The position numbers were made by a program, and so were the translations under genes. A stretch of DNA of 64,000 nucleotides from Balanoglossus misakiensis (Eukaryota; Animalia; Hemichordata). Positions 41,070-53,476 of the stretch are shown piece by piece (position 1 is the first letter of the stretch; each line of letters opens with the position of its first letter). The stretch covers positions 11,537,403 to 11,601,402 of the forward strand of contig CM082587.2 of the NCBI GenBank assembly GCA_040954595.2, in the 5' to 3' direction. The notes below the pieces were generated by a model. That model saw only the letters and a list, made by a program, of their open reading frames with translations, ran no database searches and had not been told where the DNA came from.

Positions 41070-41987
41070 TCAAATAGAGAGATCCGCTATTCGTACTCGA
41101 GCGGCAACTGCAGAGTCTCTGACAGGTCGTCTCGGGGGTACAACATCCGCCTTCACCGAGGAATCTTCAGAGGCTCCAGCTGTGTCGACTGTTTCAGTAT
41201 TCGTGTTGGAATCTGCTCCAATACCTGTATTATCTCCAGACACAGTTGACAGCTCCTTGGAGACAACTTCCAATGGGTACAATTTATGGATAGGTCGGTT
41301 TGTAGGACCACCTGCGGTGTTCAACTCCGCAGATCGTACCAGTTTATCATTACCGAAGATCAACCTTGTTACAGTTCCTAAATGCCATTTCGGACGTTTG
41401 TCAGTGTCACTGTGTATTATCACGACATCTCCGACCTTGATGACATTATCACGAGTTCCTTTGGTGGGATGTCGTTCACGTAGGGCAGTCAGATAATCGG
41501 ACGACCATCTTCGCCAAAATTGATCGTGTAATCTTGATAGATGTTCATATCTTTTGTTGATTTCACGATTATCACAGTAAGATGGGTCAATCACCTCTTC
41601 GTCGGTGATCTCGATGTACGGCAATGATGTCAGTGTCCTGCCATGTAGCAAGTGATTTGGGGTCAATCCAATATTGTCGTTTATACTGGATGACACGTAC
41701 GTTAACGGCCTGTCGTTTAAAACGGCTTCAATTTCAGTCACAACTGTGGCGAGTTCATCAAAGGTTAGGTTAGCTCGACCGAGAGTTTTCCTAATAGCGT
41801 TCTTTGTCAAAGCAATCAGCCTCTCCCAGAAGCCACCAAACCAGGTCGCGCGCTTCGGTATAAACGTCCATTGTACACGATGTGCGGCGAGAAAGTCATT
41901 TACTTCTGGCGTATCAAACAGTGTTTTGATTTCATTGGCAGCCGATAAATAAGTCGATGCGTTGTCTGACAGCATCCTACTCGGCAA
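41070..41987 (-). CDS. BEL/Pao integrase core (second D and E) plus C-terminal DUF5641-type domain, N-terminally truncated
   Basis: SDNASTY, WTFIP..WFGGFWERL, LNDRPL, LTPNHLL, FWRRWSSDYL, VGDVV, RPIHKLYPLE. Confidence 0.9.
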   Translation of the reverse strand: MPSRMLSDNASTYLSAANEIKTLFDTPEVNDFLAAHRVQWTFIPKRATWFGGFWERLIALTKNAIRKTLGRANLTFDELATVVTEIEAVLNDRPLTYVSSSINDNIGLTPNHLLHGRTLTSLPYIEITDEEVIDPSYCDNREINKRYEHLSRLHDQFWRRWSSDYLTALRERHPTKGTRDNVIKVGDVVIIHSDTDKRPKWHLGTVTRLIFGNDKLVRSAELNTAGGPTNRPIHKLYPLEVVSKELSTVSGDNTGIGADSNTNTETVDTAGASEDSSVKADVVPPRRPVRDSAVAARVRIADLSI

Positions 41988-41996
41988 AGAACGTCT

Positions 41997-42615
41997 CGCT
42001 CTAAAGTGCCGGGGCTTCAGCTAAACCAGGCCGTAGGAAATCCGACGTAATCACCGTTGATAACTTACGCCAGTCTGTGTCATATAGAGCCGGTGCACCA
42101 GCCGAGTCACGCCGTAGGAAATCTGACTTGATCAACGTGGTCAATGTACGCCTGTTTCTGCTCTAGAGTGCCGGGGCTTCAGCTGAGCCAGGCCGTAGGA
42201 AACCCGACGTGATTACCGTTGTTAACTTACGCCAGTCTGTGTCCTATATATAGTGCCGGGGCATCAGCCGTGCCAGGCCGAAGGAAATGTGAGTAGATCA
42301 ACGTGGTCTCTGTACGCGTGTTTCTGCTCTACAGTGCCAGGGCTTTAGCCAAGCCATGCCGTAGGAAATCTGACTTGATCAACGTTGCTAACGAACGCTA
42401 GTGTCTGTCATAGTGTGCCGGGGTTTTAGTCGAGCCAAGCCGTAGGAGATCAGACTTGATCAACGTGATCTCTGTACGCGTGTTTCTGCTCTAGAGTGCC
42501 GGGGTTTTAGCCGACTTATGCTGTAGGAAATCTGAGTTGATGAACGGGAATTCAATGTAAGAAAACCCGTGTGGAAAGTATCTCTACCCGTTTGAAACTA
42601 AGAAAAGAATTTATT
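41997..42615 (-). repeat. Partial macrosatellite unit lacking one 164-bp dimer
   Basis: Subrepeat sequence. At ~42500 gagtgccgggg joins directly to ttttagccgacttatg. Confidence 0.9.
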
Positions 42616-45600
42616 GGGGGCACAAGCGCCCTCAGGCGGCTTGTGCCCCCATTGGTATTGTTGGAATTTTTCTTTATTATTAGGGGCACAAGCCTATCGG
42701 GCTTGTGCCCCTATTGGTATTGTTGGAATATTTCTTCTTTATTACGGGCCCAAGCCAAGCCAGGCTTGGGCCCGTATTGGTTTCGTTGGGGTTTTTCTTT
42801 CTTTCTTTATTCTTGGTTCATTTCTTTCGCGCTCTAGATCTCAGACACCGCTGCAGGTACAGTTCTCAAACTTGCTACAGTGGTCAAGGTCAATGAGTAG
42901 ATGTGCAGTGACTTGTGAATACTTAATTAGTCACGTGACATGGCGGCCATATTGGATTTTCTGAAAAAATGCAAATCTCAGATCTCAGAAACTACAAGTC
43001 AGATCGACTTCAGATTTGGCGTGCTGGTAGTATACCCTCTGCCCATCATTTTTGTAATTGGATATTTTGCTGTCAATGTTGCAGTTTTTTTGCTACAGTT
43101 GTTTTTCTGAAATCTGGTCAAAATTTCAAAAATCTTCTTCTCCAGAACCGGCGATAACCGAGTCACGCCGTTTGGGTTATGTGGTCACCTAACTGATGTC
43201 TATCAAGTTTGCGAAGATCATTGTGATTGGTCAAAGATTATGGCGGCCATATTGAATTTTCGAAAAACCATAGTAAAACTTCAAAAATCTTCTTCTCCAG
43301 AACGGGCGATAACCGAGTCACAAGATTTGGTGTGTGTGGTCATTAAACGGATGTCTATTAAGTTTGCGAAGGGGAATGTGATTGGTTGAAGATTATGGCG
43401 GCCATATTGGATTTTGTGAAAAACGATTAAAAAGTAAAAATTCCTTTTCTAGCCTAAAAATTGATAGCACAGAAATTCTTTTTATGGATATGAATCATCA
43501 TATGACAAGAATAAGCTATAAATATTTTTGTAATTTTGGCAATGACCTTTGACCTACTTTTGACGAATCATTTTTCTGCATATCTAATTCCAGGCTAACC
43601 AATAGGGCTATAAGTTTGGTTTTTGATGTATGTGGATTTGTATGTGATCAAAACATTTTGCTACTTTTCATGACCCCTTTGACCTCTGGTGACCTCATTA
43701 AATATGCGCATACCTAATTAATGATGAACCAATAGACCTAGAGGTTTTGTTTTTGTTATACATGGACCAGTATGGGGTCAAAATATTTTGCCCAAATGTT
43801 GGGTGACCTCGGGTGACCTTTGACCTACTTAACACTATATTAGCATCAGATCAGATAATAGAGCTTGGGCCCGGACAATGCTGCTTGCAGCTTTAATTAG
43901 GGCACAAGCCGCACAGGCTTGTGCCCTATTGGTATTGTTGGCTTTTTTTAGGGCCCAAGCCCAGCAGGCTTGGGCCCTATTGGTATTACTGGGGTTTTTC
44001 TTCTACTTCTTCTTCTTTTTCTTCTTCTGTCGTTTTCTTTGGCGAGGTAGATCTTGAAAACTGCTAAACCTAACAATTTCAAACTTGGCACAATGGTGCA
44101 GGCCAATGAGAGCTAGTGCAGTACCCTTGTGAATGTTAAATTAGTCACGTGACCTGATGACCATATATGGGCAAAATTTCCAAATCGGCCTTATTTGCAT
44201 ATGAATGGAGATATCAAAATTCTTTTAGCAACTTTTGCGGACCATGTGGTCAGTGTCCTACTTGCCAAATGTCAAGGCCATTGGCCATGCCAATTTTGAG
44301 AAGAAGATTTTTAAGTATTATTTTTCATATTTTTTTACCAAGCCATGGGCCTATACTTTCCATAGTAAAGCTATGACCACATATTATTTTGGATAAATAT
44401 GCATACATATCTCAAAATCTGTTAGGCCAATCATCTCCAACTTTGGTGTGCAGCTAGACAAGCATTTGTCAATAATTTTAAGCGAAAAAAAATAATATGA
44501 AAAATCGACGGATTTTTTTATATTAATTTTTTTAATAAATTTATACCTTTACTTATACCTCTATGTCCATGTCTTATTGTGGAATTCTGGTCTGTGCAAT
44601 ATTCCTGTACAGTGACTGTCTATTGGTCAGTGAGCACAATGGCACCAAAATAAAAGGCACAATTTTAGGCTCACCTGTAACACCTGCTTAACTCATTAAT
44701 TATGTGCATACCTAATTCTGGGCTAACAAAGAGGGCTAGAGGTTTCGTTCTTGTGGGACATGGACCCGTATAGGGTCAAAATTTCTTGCCCAAATTTTGG
44801 GTGACCTCAGGTGACCTTTGACCTACTTTCCTATATCTCGGCATCCAGAGCAGGTACAGACTTGGCGTTTGGAGGGTTGGGACTAAAATTGAAAAATTGA
44901 AATGGGGGTCACCTGTGACACCTGCATATCTCATCAATTATGTGCATACCTAATTCCAGGCTAACCAATCGGGCTATAGGTTTGGTTTTTGTTGAACATG
45001 GACCAGTATAAGGTCAAAATTCCTGCCAAAATTTTGGGTGACCTCAGGTGACCTTTGACCTACTTTCCTATATCTTGGCATCCACAGCAGGTACAGACTT
45101 GGCGTTTGGAGGGTTGGGACTAAAATTGAAAAGCCAAACTTGGAGGTCACCTGTAACACCTGCATTACTCATTAATTATGTGCATACCTAATTCTGGGCT
45201 AACTAAGAGGGCTAGAGGTTTCGTTCTTGTGGGACATTGACCAGTATAGGGTCAAAATTCCTTGCCAAAATTTGGGGTGACCTCAGGTGACCTTTACCTA
45301 CTTTCCTATATCTCGGCATCCAGAGCAGGTACAGACTTGGCGTTTGGAGGGTTGGGACTTAAGTTGAAAAGCCAAAATAGGGGTCACCTGTGACACCTGC
45401 ATATCTCATTAATTATGTGCATACCTAATTCCAGGCTAACCAATAGGGCTATAGGTTTGGTTTTTGTTGAACGTGGACCAGTATAGGGTCAAAATTTATT
45501 GCCCAAATTTTGCATGACCTCAGGTGACCTTTGACCTACTTTACCAGATCTTGGCATCGAGAGCAGGTACAGACTTGGCGTTTGGAGGGTTGGGACTAAA

Positions 45601-48600
45601 ATTGAAAAGCCAAATTGGGGGGTCACCTGTGACACCTGCCTACCTCATTTATTATGTGCATACCTAATTCCAGGCTAACCAATAGGGCTATAGATTTGTT
45701 TTTTGATGAACATGGACCAGTATAGGGTCAAAATTTCTCGCCCAAATTTTGCATGACCTCAGGTGACCTTTGACCTTCTTTTCCATATCTTGGCATCCAG
45801 AGCAGATATGCTTATTGCTATGTTGCTATGTGCTATGTTGGCTTGGGCCCGCCATTGCTGCTTGCAGCTATATTCTTCTACTTCTTCTTGGGCACTTTTT
45901 TCGGCCAGGTAGATCTGAAAAACTGCTGAACCCACAAATCTCAAATTTGGCACAATGGTGCAGGCCAATGAGAGCTGGTGCAGTACCCTCGTGAATGTTC
46001 AATAAGTCATGTGACCTGATGACCATATATGGGCAAAATTTTCAAATCGGCCTTATTTGCATATGCACGGAGATATCAAAATTCTTTTAGCAACTTTTGT
46101 GAACCATGTGGCCAGGGTTCTACATGCCAAATGTCAAGGCCATAGGCCTTGTCAATTTTGAGAAGAAGATTTTTAAGTATTATTTTTCATATTTTTCGGC
46201 CAAGCCATCGGCCTATACTATACATAGTTAAGCTTTGACCACATTTTATTTTGGATGAATATGCAGTCATATCTCAAAATATGTTGGGCCGATCAACTCC
46301 AAGTTTGGTGTGCAGGTAGCTTAGCATTTGCCAATAATTTTAAGCGAAAAAAATTAATATGAAAAATCGACCTATTTTTTTATATTAATTTTTTTATGAC
46401 ATTTATACCTTTACTTATACCTCTATGGTTAAGCTATGTCCACGTCTTATTGTAGAATTCTGGTCTGTGCAATGTTCCTGTACACTGACTGTCTATTGGC
46501 CCGTGCGCAGAATGGGACCAAAATAAAAGGCAAAATTTTGGGCTCACCTGTAACACCTGCTTAACTCATTAATTATGCACATACCTCATTCCGGGCTAAC
46601 TAATAGGGCTAGAGGTATTGTTCTTGTGTGACAAGGACTAGTATGGGGTCAAAAATGTTTACCAAATTTTCGGTGACCTCAGGTGACCTTTGACCTACTT
46701 TCCTATATCTCGGCATCCAGAGCAGCTACAGACTTGGCGTTTGGAGGGTTGTGACTAAAATTGAAAAGCCAAAATGGGGATCACCTGTGACACCTGCATA
46801 TCTCATTAATTATGTGCATACCTAATTCCAGGCTAACCAGTAGAGCTATAGGTTTGGTTTTTGTTGAACATGGACCAGTATAGGGTCAAAATTTCTTGCC
46901 CAAATTTCGCATGACCTCAGGTGACCTTTGACCTACTTTACCATATCTTGGCATCCAGAGCAGGTACAGACTTGGCGTTCGGAGGGTTGGGATTAAAATT
47001 GAAAAGCCGAATTGGCGCTCACCTGTGTCACCTGCATATCTCATTAATTATGTGCATACCTAATTCCAGGCTAACCAATAGGGCTATAGGTTTGGTTTTT
47101 GTTGAACATGGACCAGTATAGGGTCAAAATTTCTTGCCCAAATTTTGCATGAACTCAGTTGACCTTTGACCTACTTTACCATATCTTGACATCCAGAGTA
47201 GATATGCTTATTGCTATGTTGCTATGTGCTATGTTGGCTTGGGCCCGCTATTGCTGCTTGCAGCTATATTTATTATTAGGGCCCAAGCGCATGCAGCGCT
47301 TGGGCCCTATTGGTATTATCCTGGTTTTTCTTCTTTTTTTTCTTGTGTAGTTTTTTCGGCCAATAGGATCTTGAAAACGGCTGAACCTACAAATTTCAAA
47401 CTTGGCAAAATGGTGCAGGCCTATGAGAGCTGGTGCAGTACCCTTGTGAATGTTTAATTAGTCATGTGACCTGTTGACCATATATGGGCAAAGTTTTCAA
47501 ATGGGCCTAATTTGCATATGAATTGAGATATCAAAATTCTGTTAGGATACTTTCTGGACCATGTGGTCAGTATCCAACATACCAAATATCAAGGCTGTGG
47601 GCCAAGTCTATTTTGAGAAGAAGACTTTTAAATATTATTAGTTTTTCATATTTTTGGACCAAGCCAAGGGCCTATACTTTCTATAGTTAAGCTATGACGC
47701 TATGTCCACGTCTGTGCAATGGTCCTGTACAGTGACTGTCTATTGGCCCGTGAGCAGAATGGGACCAAAATAAAAGGCAAAATTTTGGGCTCACCTGTAA
47801 CACCTGCTTAACTCATTAATTATCTGCATACCTAATTTTGGGCTAACTAATATGGCTAGATGTTTTGTTCTTGTGGAACCTGGACCAGTATGGGGTCAAA
47901 AAATTTTGCCCAAATTTTGGGTGACCTCAGGTGACCTTTGACCTACTTTCCTATATCTCTGCATTCAGAGCAGGTACAGACTTGGCGTTTGGAGGGTTGG
48001 GACTAAAATCGAAAAGCCAAAATTGGGGGTCACCTGTGACACCTGCTTATCTCATTAATTATGTGCATACCTAATTCAGGGATAACTAATAGGGCTAGAG
48101 GTTTTGTTCTTATGGGACATGGACCAGTATAGGGTCAAAAATTTTTGCCCAAATTTTGGGTGACCTCAGGTGACCTTTGACCTACTTAACCATATCTCAG
48201 CATCCAGAGCAGGTACAGCCTTGGCGTTTGGAGGGATGGGTTGAAAATGAAAAGTGAAATTATTAAGTCACCTGTAACACCTGCTGAACTCATTAATTAT
48301 GTGCATACCTTATTCCAGGCTAACCAATAGGGCTAGAGGTTTGATTTTTGTTGAACCTGGACCAGTATGGGGTCAAAATTTCTTGCCCATCTTTTGGGTG
48401 ACGACATATGACCTTTGACCTTCGGCTTAAGCTTGGGCCCGTCATCGCTGCTTGCAGCTATATTTATTATTATTCTTCTTCTTCCGAGAAATTCGGCCAG
48501 GTAGATCTGGAAAACCGCAGCACCTAGGGGCTGAAACTTGGTAGGGTGATAGGGGCCAATGAGTAGACGTGCAGTGGCTCGTGAATATTTAATTAGTCAC

Positions 48601-51600
48601 GTGACCTGGCGGCCATATTGGATTTCCTGAAAATCGTTAAACGAGTCCTTCTCAAAAACTACTGGGCCGATCGAGTTCAAATTTGGTGTGCAGGTAGCCT
48701 ACCTTCTGTCCATCATTTTACCCCATTGAAATCATGACGTCACACATAAAGTTTTTTTGCTACAATTGTTTTTCTGAAAAACTACTTAAAACTTTAAAAA
48801 TCTTCTTCTCCAGAACCAGCGATTGCCGAGTCACGGGATTTGGGGCATGTGGTCACCTAACCTATGTCTATCAAGTTTGCGAAGCGCACTGTGATTGGTC
48901 GATCATTATGGCGGCCATGTTGGATTTTCGGAAAACCATTGAAAAATGAAAATTCCGTTTTATAGCCAAAATATTGACAGCACGGAAATTCTATTTTTGG
49001 ATATGAGTCATCATATGACCGGAAGTTGTCACAATTTTTCGGGGCAATTTTCACATGACCTTTGACCCAGTTTTAAAACAACTAATTATATATGCATATT
49101 CCCCATACCTCCTCTTGTAAAAGCACCACAGTCATGAATTTTGTAGACATGGGTACCAATGCTGCCAGGACATGACACAAATATTTTGGTAATTTTGGCA
49201 ATGAACCTTGACCTATTTCTGAAACATCATGTTTCTGCATATCTAATTCCAGGCTAACCGATAGGGCTAGAGGTCTGTTTTTAGTTGGACATGGCCGACT
49301 CTGGGGTCAAAATTTTATGCCCAAATTTTGGGTGACCTTGGATGACCTTTGATCTACTTTCCCATATCTCAGCATCCACAGCAGTTAGAGGCCTGGCTTT
49401 TGGGGGGCCGATGGAGCACATATGGAGTCTTACACAAGACCTCATTAATTATGTGCATACCTAATTGCAGGCGAACCAATAGGGCTAGGGGTCTGGTTTT
49501 TTTTTGGATCTAGACTAGTATGGGGTCCAATTTTTTTGCCCAAATTTGGGGTGACCTCAGGTGACCTTTGACCTACTTTCCCATATCTTGGTATCCCCAG
49601 CAGATACAGCCGTGGCATTTGCTGGTCACCATGGGAACCGCTTGTGCCCCGCCAACGCTGCTTGCAGCTTTAATTGGTTTCGTTGGGGTTTTTCTTTCTT
49701 TCTTTCTTTCTTTTTTCTTGTGTCAATTCTTCGGCCAACTAAATCTCTGAAAATACTGCAGGTACACTTCTCAAACTTGCTACAGTGGTCAAGGTCAATG
49801 AGTAGATGTGCAGTGGCTTGTGAATATTTAATTAGTCACGTGACATGGCGGCCATATTGGATTTTCTGAAAAAATGCAAATCTCAGATCTCAGAAACTAC
49901 AAGTCAGATCGACTTCAGATTTGGCGTGCAGGTAGTGTACCTTCAGCCCATCATTTTTGTAATTGGATATTTTGCTGTCAATGTTGCAGTTTTTTTGCTA
50001 CAGTTGTTTTTCTGAAATCTGGTCAAAATTTCAAAAATCTTCTTCTCCAGAACCAGCGATAACCGAGTCACGCGGTTTGGGGTATGTGGTCACCTAACTG
50101 ATGTCTATCAAGTTTGCGAAGATCATTGTGATTGGTCGAAGATTATGGCGGCCATATTGGATTTTCGAAAAACCATAGTTAAACTCCAAAAATCTTCTAC
50201 TCCAGAACGGGCGATGACTGAGTCGCAAGATTCGGGGAGTATGGTCACTACACTGATGTCTATCAAGTTTGCAAACAGCATTGTGATTGGTCGAAGATTA
50301 TGGCGGCCATATTGGATTTTGTAAAAAGCAGTGAAAAATTGAAATTCCTTTTTCTAGTCTTAAAATTGATAGCATACAAATTGTTTTGATGGATATCAAT
50401 CGTCATGTGACTAAAATATGTTACAATTTTTTGACGATTTTTCACATGACCTTTGACCTACTTATAACGCGTTATTATTTCTGCATATCTAATTCCTGGC
50501 TAACCTATAGGGCTAGACGTTTGGTTTTTGATGAATGTGGATTAGTGTGTGATCAAAATATTTTGCTACTTTTCATGACCCCTTTGACCTCAGCTGACCT
50601 CATTAATTATGTGCATAGCTAATTACAGGCGAACCAATAGAGCTAGAGGTTTGGTTTTTGTTGAACATGGACCAGTATGGGGTCAAAAATTTTTGCCTAA
50701 ATGTTGGGTGACCTCTGGTGACCTTTGACCTACTTTCGCATATCTCAGCATCCAGAGCAGATACAGCCTTGGCATTTGGCAGGATGGGAGCTTAATGTAA
50801 AGCCAAATTTTTGGGTCACCTGTGACACCTGCTGACCTCATTTAATGTGCACATACCTAATTACAGGCGAACCAATAGAGCTAGAGTTTTGGTTTTTGTT
50901 GGACATGGACGAGTATGGGTCAAAATTTTTTTCCCAAATGTTAGGTGACCTCAGGTGACCTTTGACCTACTTCACCCTATTTCAGCAGCAAAAATACACA
51001 CGTCCTTGTTATGTCATGAGATAATACATCCGATAGAAAATTCTGTTTCTTCTCATTCATACTGTGCATATATAATTCGAGATCAGCGCTTGGGCCCGAC
51101 AATGCTGCTCGCAGCTTTAATTATTCTTCTTCTTCTTCTTCCGAGAAATTCGGCCAGGTAGATCTGGAAAACCGCAGCACCTAGGGGGCTGAAACTTGGT
51201 AGGGTGATAGGGGCCAATGAGTAGACGTGCAGTGGCCCGTGAATATTTAATTAGTCATGTGACCTGGCGGCCATATTGGATTTCCTGAAAACCGTTAAAT
51301 GAGTCCTTCTCAAAAACTACAGGGCCGATCGAGTTCAAATTTGGTGTGCAGGTAGCCTACCTTCTGTCCATCATTTTACCCCATTGAAATCATGACGTCA
51401 TACATAAAGTTTTTTTGCTACAATTGTTTTTCTGAAAAACTACTTAAAACTTTAAAAATCTTCTTCTCCAGAACCAGCGGTTACCGAGTCTCGGGATTTG
51501 GGATATGTGGTCACTTAACCTATGTCTATCAAGTTTGCGAAGCGCACTGTGATTGGTCGATCATTATGGCGGCCATGTTGGATTTTCGGAAAACCATTGA

Positions 51601-52328
51601 AAAATGAAAATACTGTTTTGTAGCCAAAATGTTGACAGCACGGAAATTCTTTTTTTGGATATGAGTCATCATATGACCGGAAGTTGTCACAATTTTTCGG
51701 GGCAATTTTCACGTGACCTTTGACCCAGTTTTAAAACAACTAATTATATATGCATATTCCCCATACCTCCTCTTGTAAAAGCACCACAGTCATGAATTTT
51801 GTGGACATGGGTACCAATGCTGCCAGGACATGACACAAATATTTTGGTAATTTTGGCAATGACCTTTGACCTATTTCTGAAACATCATTTTTCTGCATAT
51901 CTAATTCCATGCTACCCAATAGGGCTAGAGGTCTGGTATTGGTTGGACATGGCCCAGTCTGGGGTCAAAATTTTATGCCCTAATTTTGGGTGACCTTGGG
52001 TGACCATTGATCTACTTTCCCATATCTCAGCATCCAGAGCAGTTAGAGCCCTGGCTTTTATGGGTATTGAGCACATAATGGAGTCTTACACAAGACCTCA
52101 TTAATTATGTGCATACCTAATTGCAGGCGAACCAATAGGGCTAGGGGTCTGGTTTTTTGTTGGATCTAGACTAGTATGGGGTCCAATTTTTTTGCCCAAA
52201 TTTGGGGTGACCTCAGGTGACCTTTGACCTACTTTCCCATATCTTGGTATCCCCAGCAGATACAGCCGTGGCATTTGCTGGTCACCATGGGAACTGCTTG
52301 TGCCCCCCCAACGCTGCTTGCAGCTTTA
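42616..52328 (+). mobile_element. Nested/stacked cluster of ~7 non-autonomous Helentron-type (HINE/DINE-1-like) elements
   Basis: Six 5' hairpin heads GGGC(A/C)CAAGC..GCTTG(T/G)GCCC (42616, 42681, 42743, 43898, 43949, 47277), each followed by a T-rich microsatellite. Seven tails with the subterminal inverted repeat plus a GCTGCT(T/C)GCAGC hairpin (43863, 45841, 47237, 48431, 49640, 51088, 52296). Internal tandem repeats, no coding capacity, and insertion at a TT site with satellite continuous across it (aagaatttatt|...|ttcttatttat). Confidence 0.82.
44680..45800 (+). repeat. ~238-bp internal tandem repeats of the HINE-like elements (also 46545-47190 and 47790-48420)
   Basis: gacctcaggtgacctttgacc recurs at ~44804, 45040, 45279, 45516 and 45755. 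Confidence 0.9.
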
Positions 52329-53303
52329 ATTCTTATTTATTTTGTAAAAAAGACAATTTTTCGAAAAAAAGTCGAAAATGGTAATTTTGTCTTGGGTGAT
52401 TCAATTTATACCGCGTTTTCTGGAATTTGCAGCACTTTTTACAAGAGAACGACACTTCATTATCCATAATATTTCCGAAAATGAAGAAAAGAGTTAATTT
52501 TTTATGATTTTTTAAAAATTTACCATTTTTGTCAAAATATGGCCAAAATGGCTATTTTTTCTTGAATTCCGTCAATATCTCTGCATTTTTGGAGTGGTCG
52601 AAAGTTTTAACATATAATCAACATGTCATATATGATCAGGGCACCAAATTCGAAAAACAAAGGTTTTTTTATTTTTTTTTCTAAAAATGACATTTTCAAG
52701 GAAAATTTGGTAAAACGCAATTTTGTCTGCAGTGAGCCAAATTAGCCGTTTTTTGTGGAATTTGTATCGATATATATATACGAAGAGCATTCTATACTCC
52801 ATCAGATTTCCAAAAATGTAGAAAACAGGTATTTTTGTAATTTTCAAAAATTTACCATTTTGACCAAATTGTGGCTAAAATTGTTATTTTCGTGTTGAAT
52901 GCCGCCAGTGTCACTGCTTTTAAAAGTCATAAAAACTTTTAACATACAAGCAATTGTTTATATATGATCAGGTCACCGAATTAAAAAAATAAAGAATGTT
53001 TTGCCTAAAAATGACCTTTTTGGTGCAAAAACGAATAAAACGCAATTTTGTATTAAATCAGCTCATTCAGAGTGCATTTTTTATAATCAGCACCATTTTT
53101 ACATATAATGGAAATTTCATACATCATCAGATAACCAAATATGAAAAAATGATTTAGATTTTAGATGATTGTCCAAAATTAGCTGATATCTAATAAATGT
53201 AGTATTGAACCGTTCTGTCCCCCCCCCTACATTATATGCGGTACGCCGATGTCAGCTTACCCGGCAGTACTGCAGGCCGTGCCCCCAACTAACGTCGGTG
53301 TTT
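52329..53303 (-). repeat. Macrosatellite segment between the HINE cluster and the CR1/L2-group LINE
   Basis: AT-rich block and start of the core, continuous in phase with 42615. Confidence 0.93.
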
Positions 53304-53476
53304 ATTATTATTATTATTATTATTATGCTTTATTTAAAGAGGGTAGTCTGTGTTACAAAGTAGAATTGTAATATACAACAGAGCCCTCAAAGGCAAAATG
53401 AGAATGAATACAACAAGGAAAAAAAAAACACTGAAAAAATCAAATCAAGTCGCAATGGCGGAAACATTCATGAAAT

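Larger units (their letters stand above)
40563..41996 (-). mobile_element. BEL/Pao LTR retrotransposon 3' fragment (integrase C-half, 3' UTR, PPT, 3' LTR); 5' part deleted together with flanking satellite
   Basis: BEL integrase ORF, PPT GGGGGAGAA at 40897-40905 (minus) and LTR with inverted termini. The right end joins satellite at cgct|ctaaagtgcc with no TSD. Confidence 0.9.

Noticed and set aside
40585-41073. 162-aa ORF overlapping the BEL 3' UTR/LTR as an env-like extra gene
   Set aside because: Non-ATG start, runs through the PPT and LTR, and has no recognisable motifs.
42571-52469. Short ORFs within the HINE cluster
   Set aside because: They derive from microsatellites and tandem repeats, with no Rep, helicase or transposase motifs.
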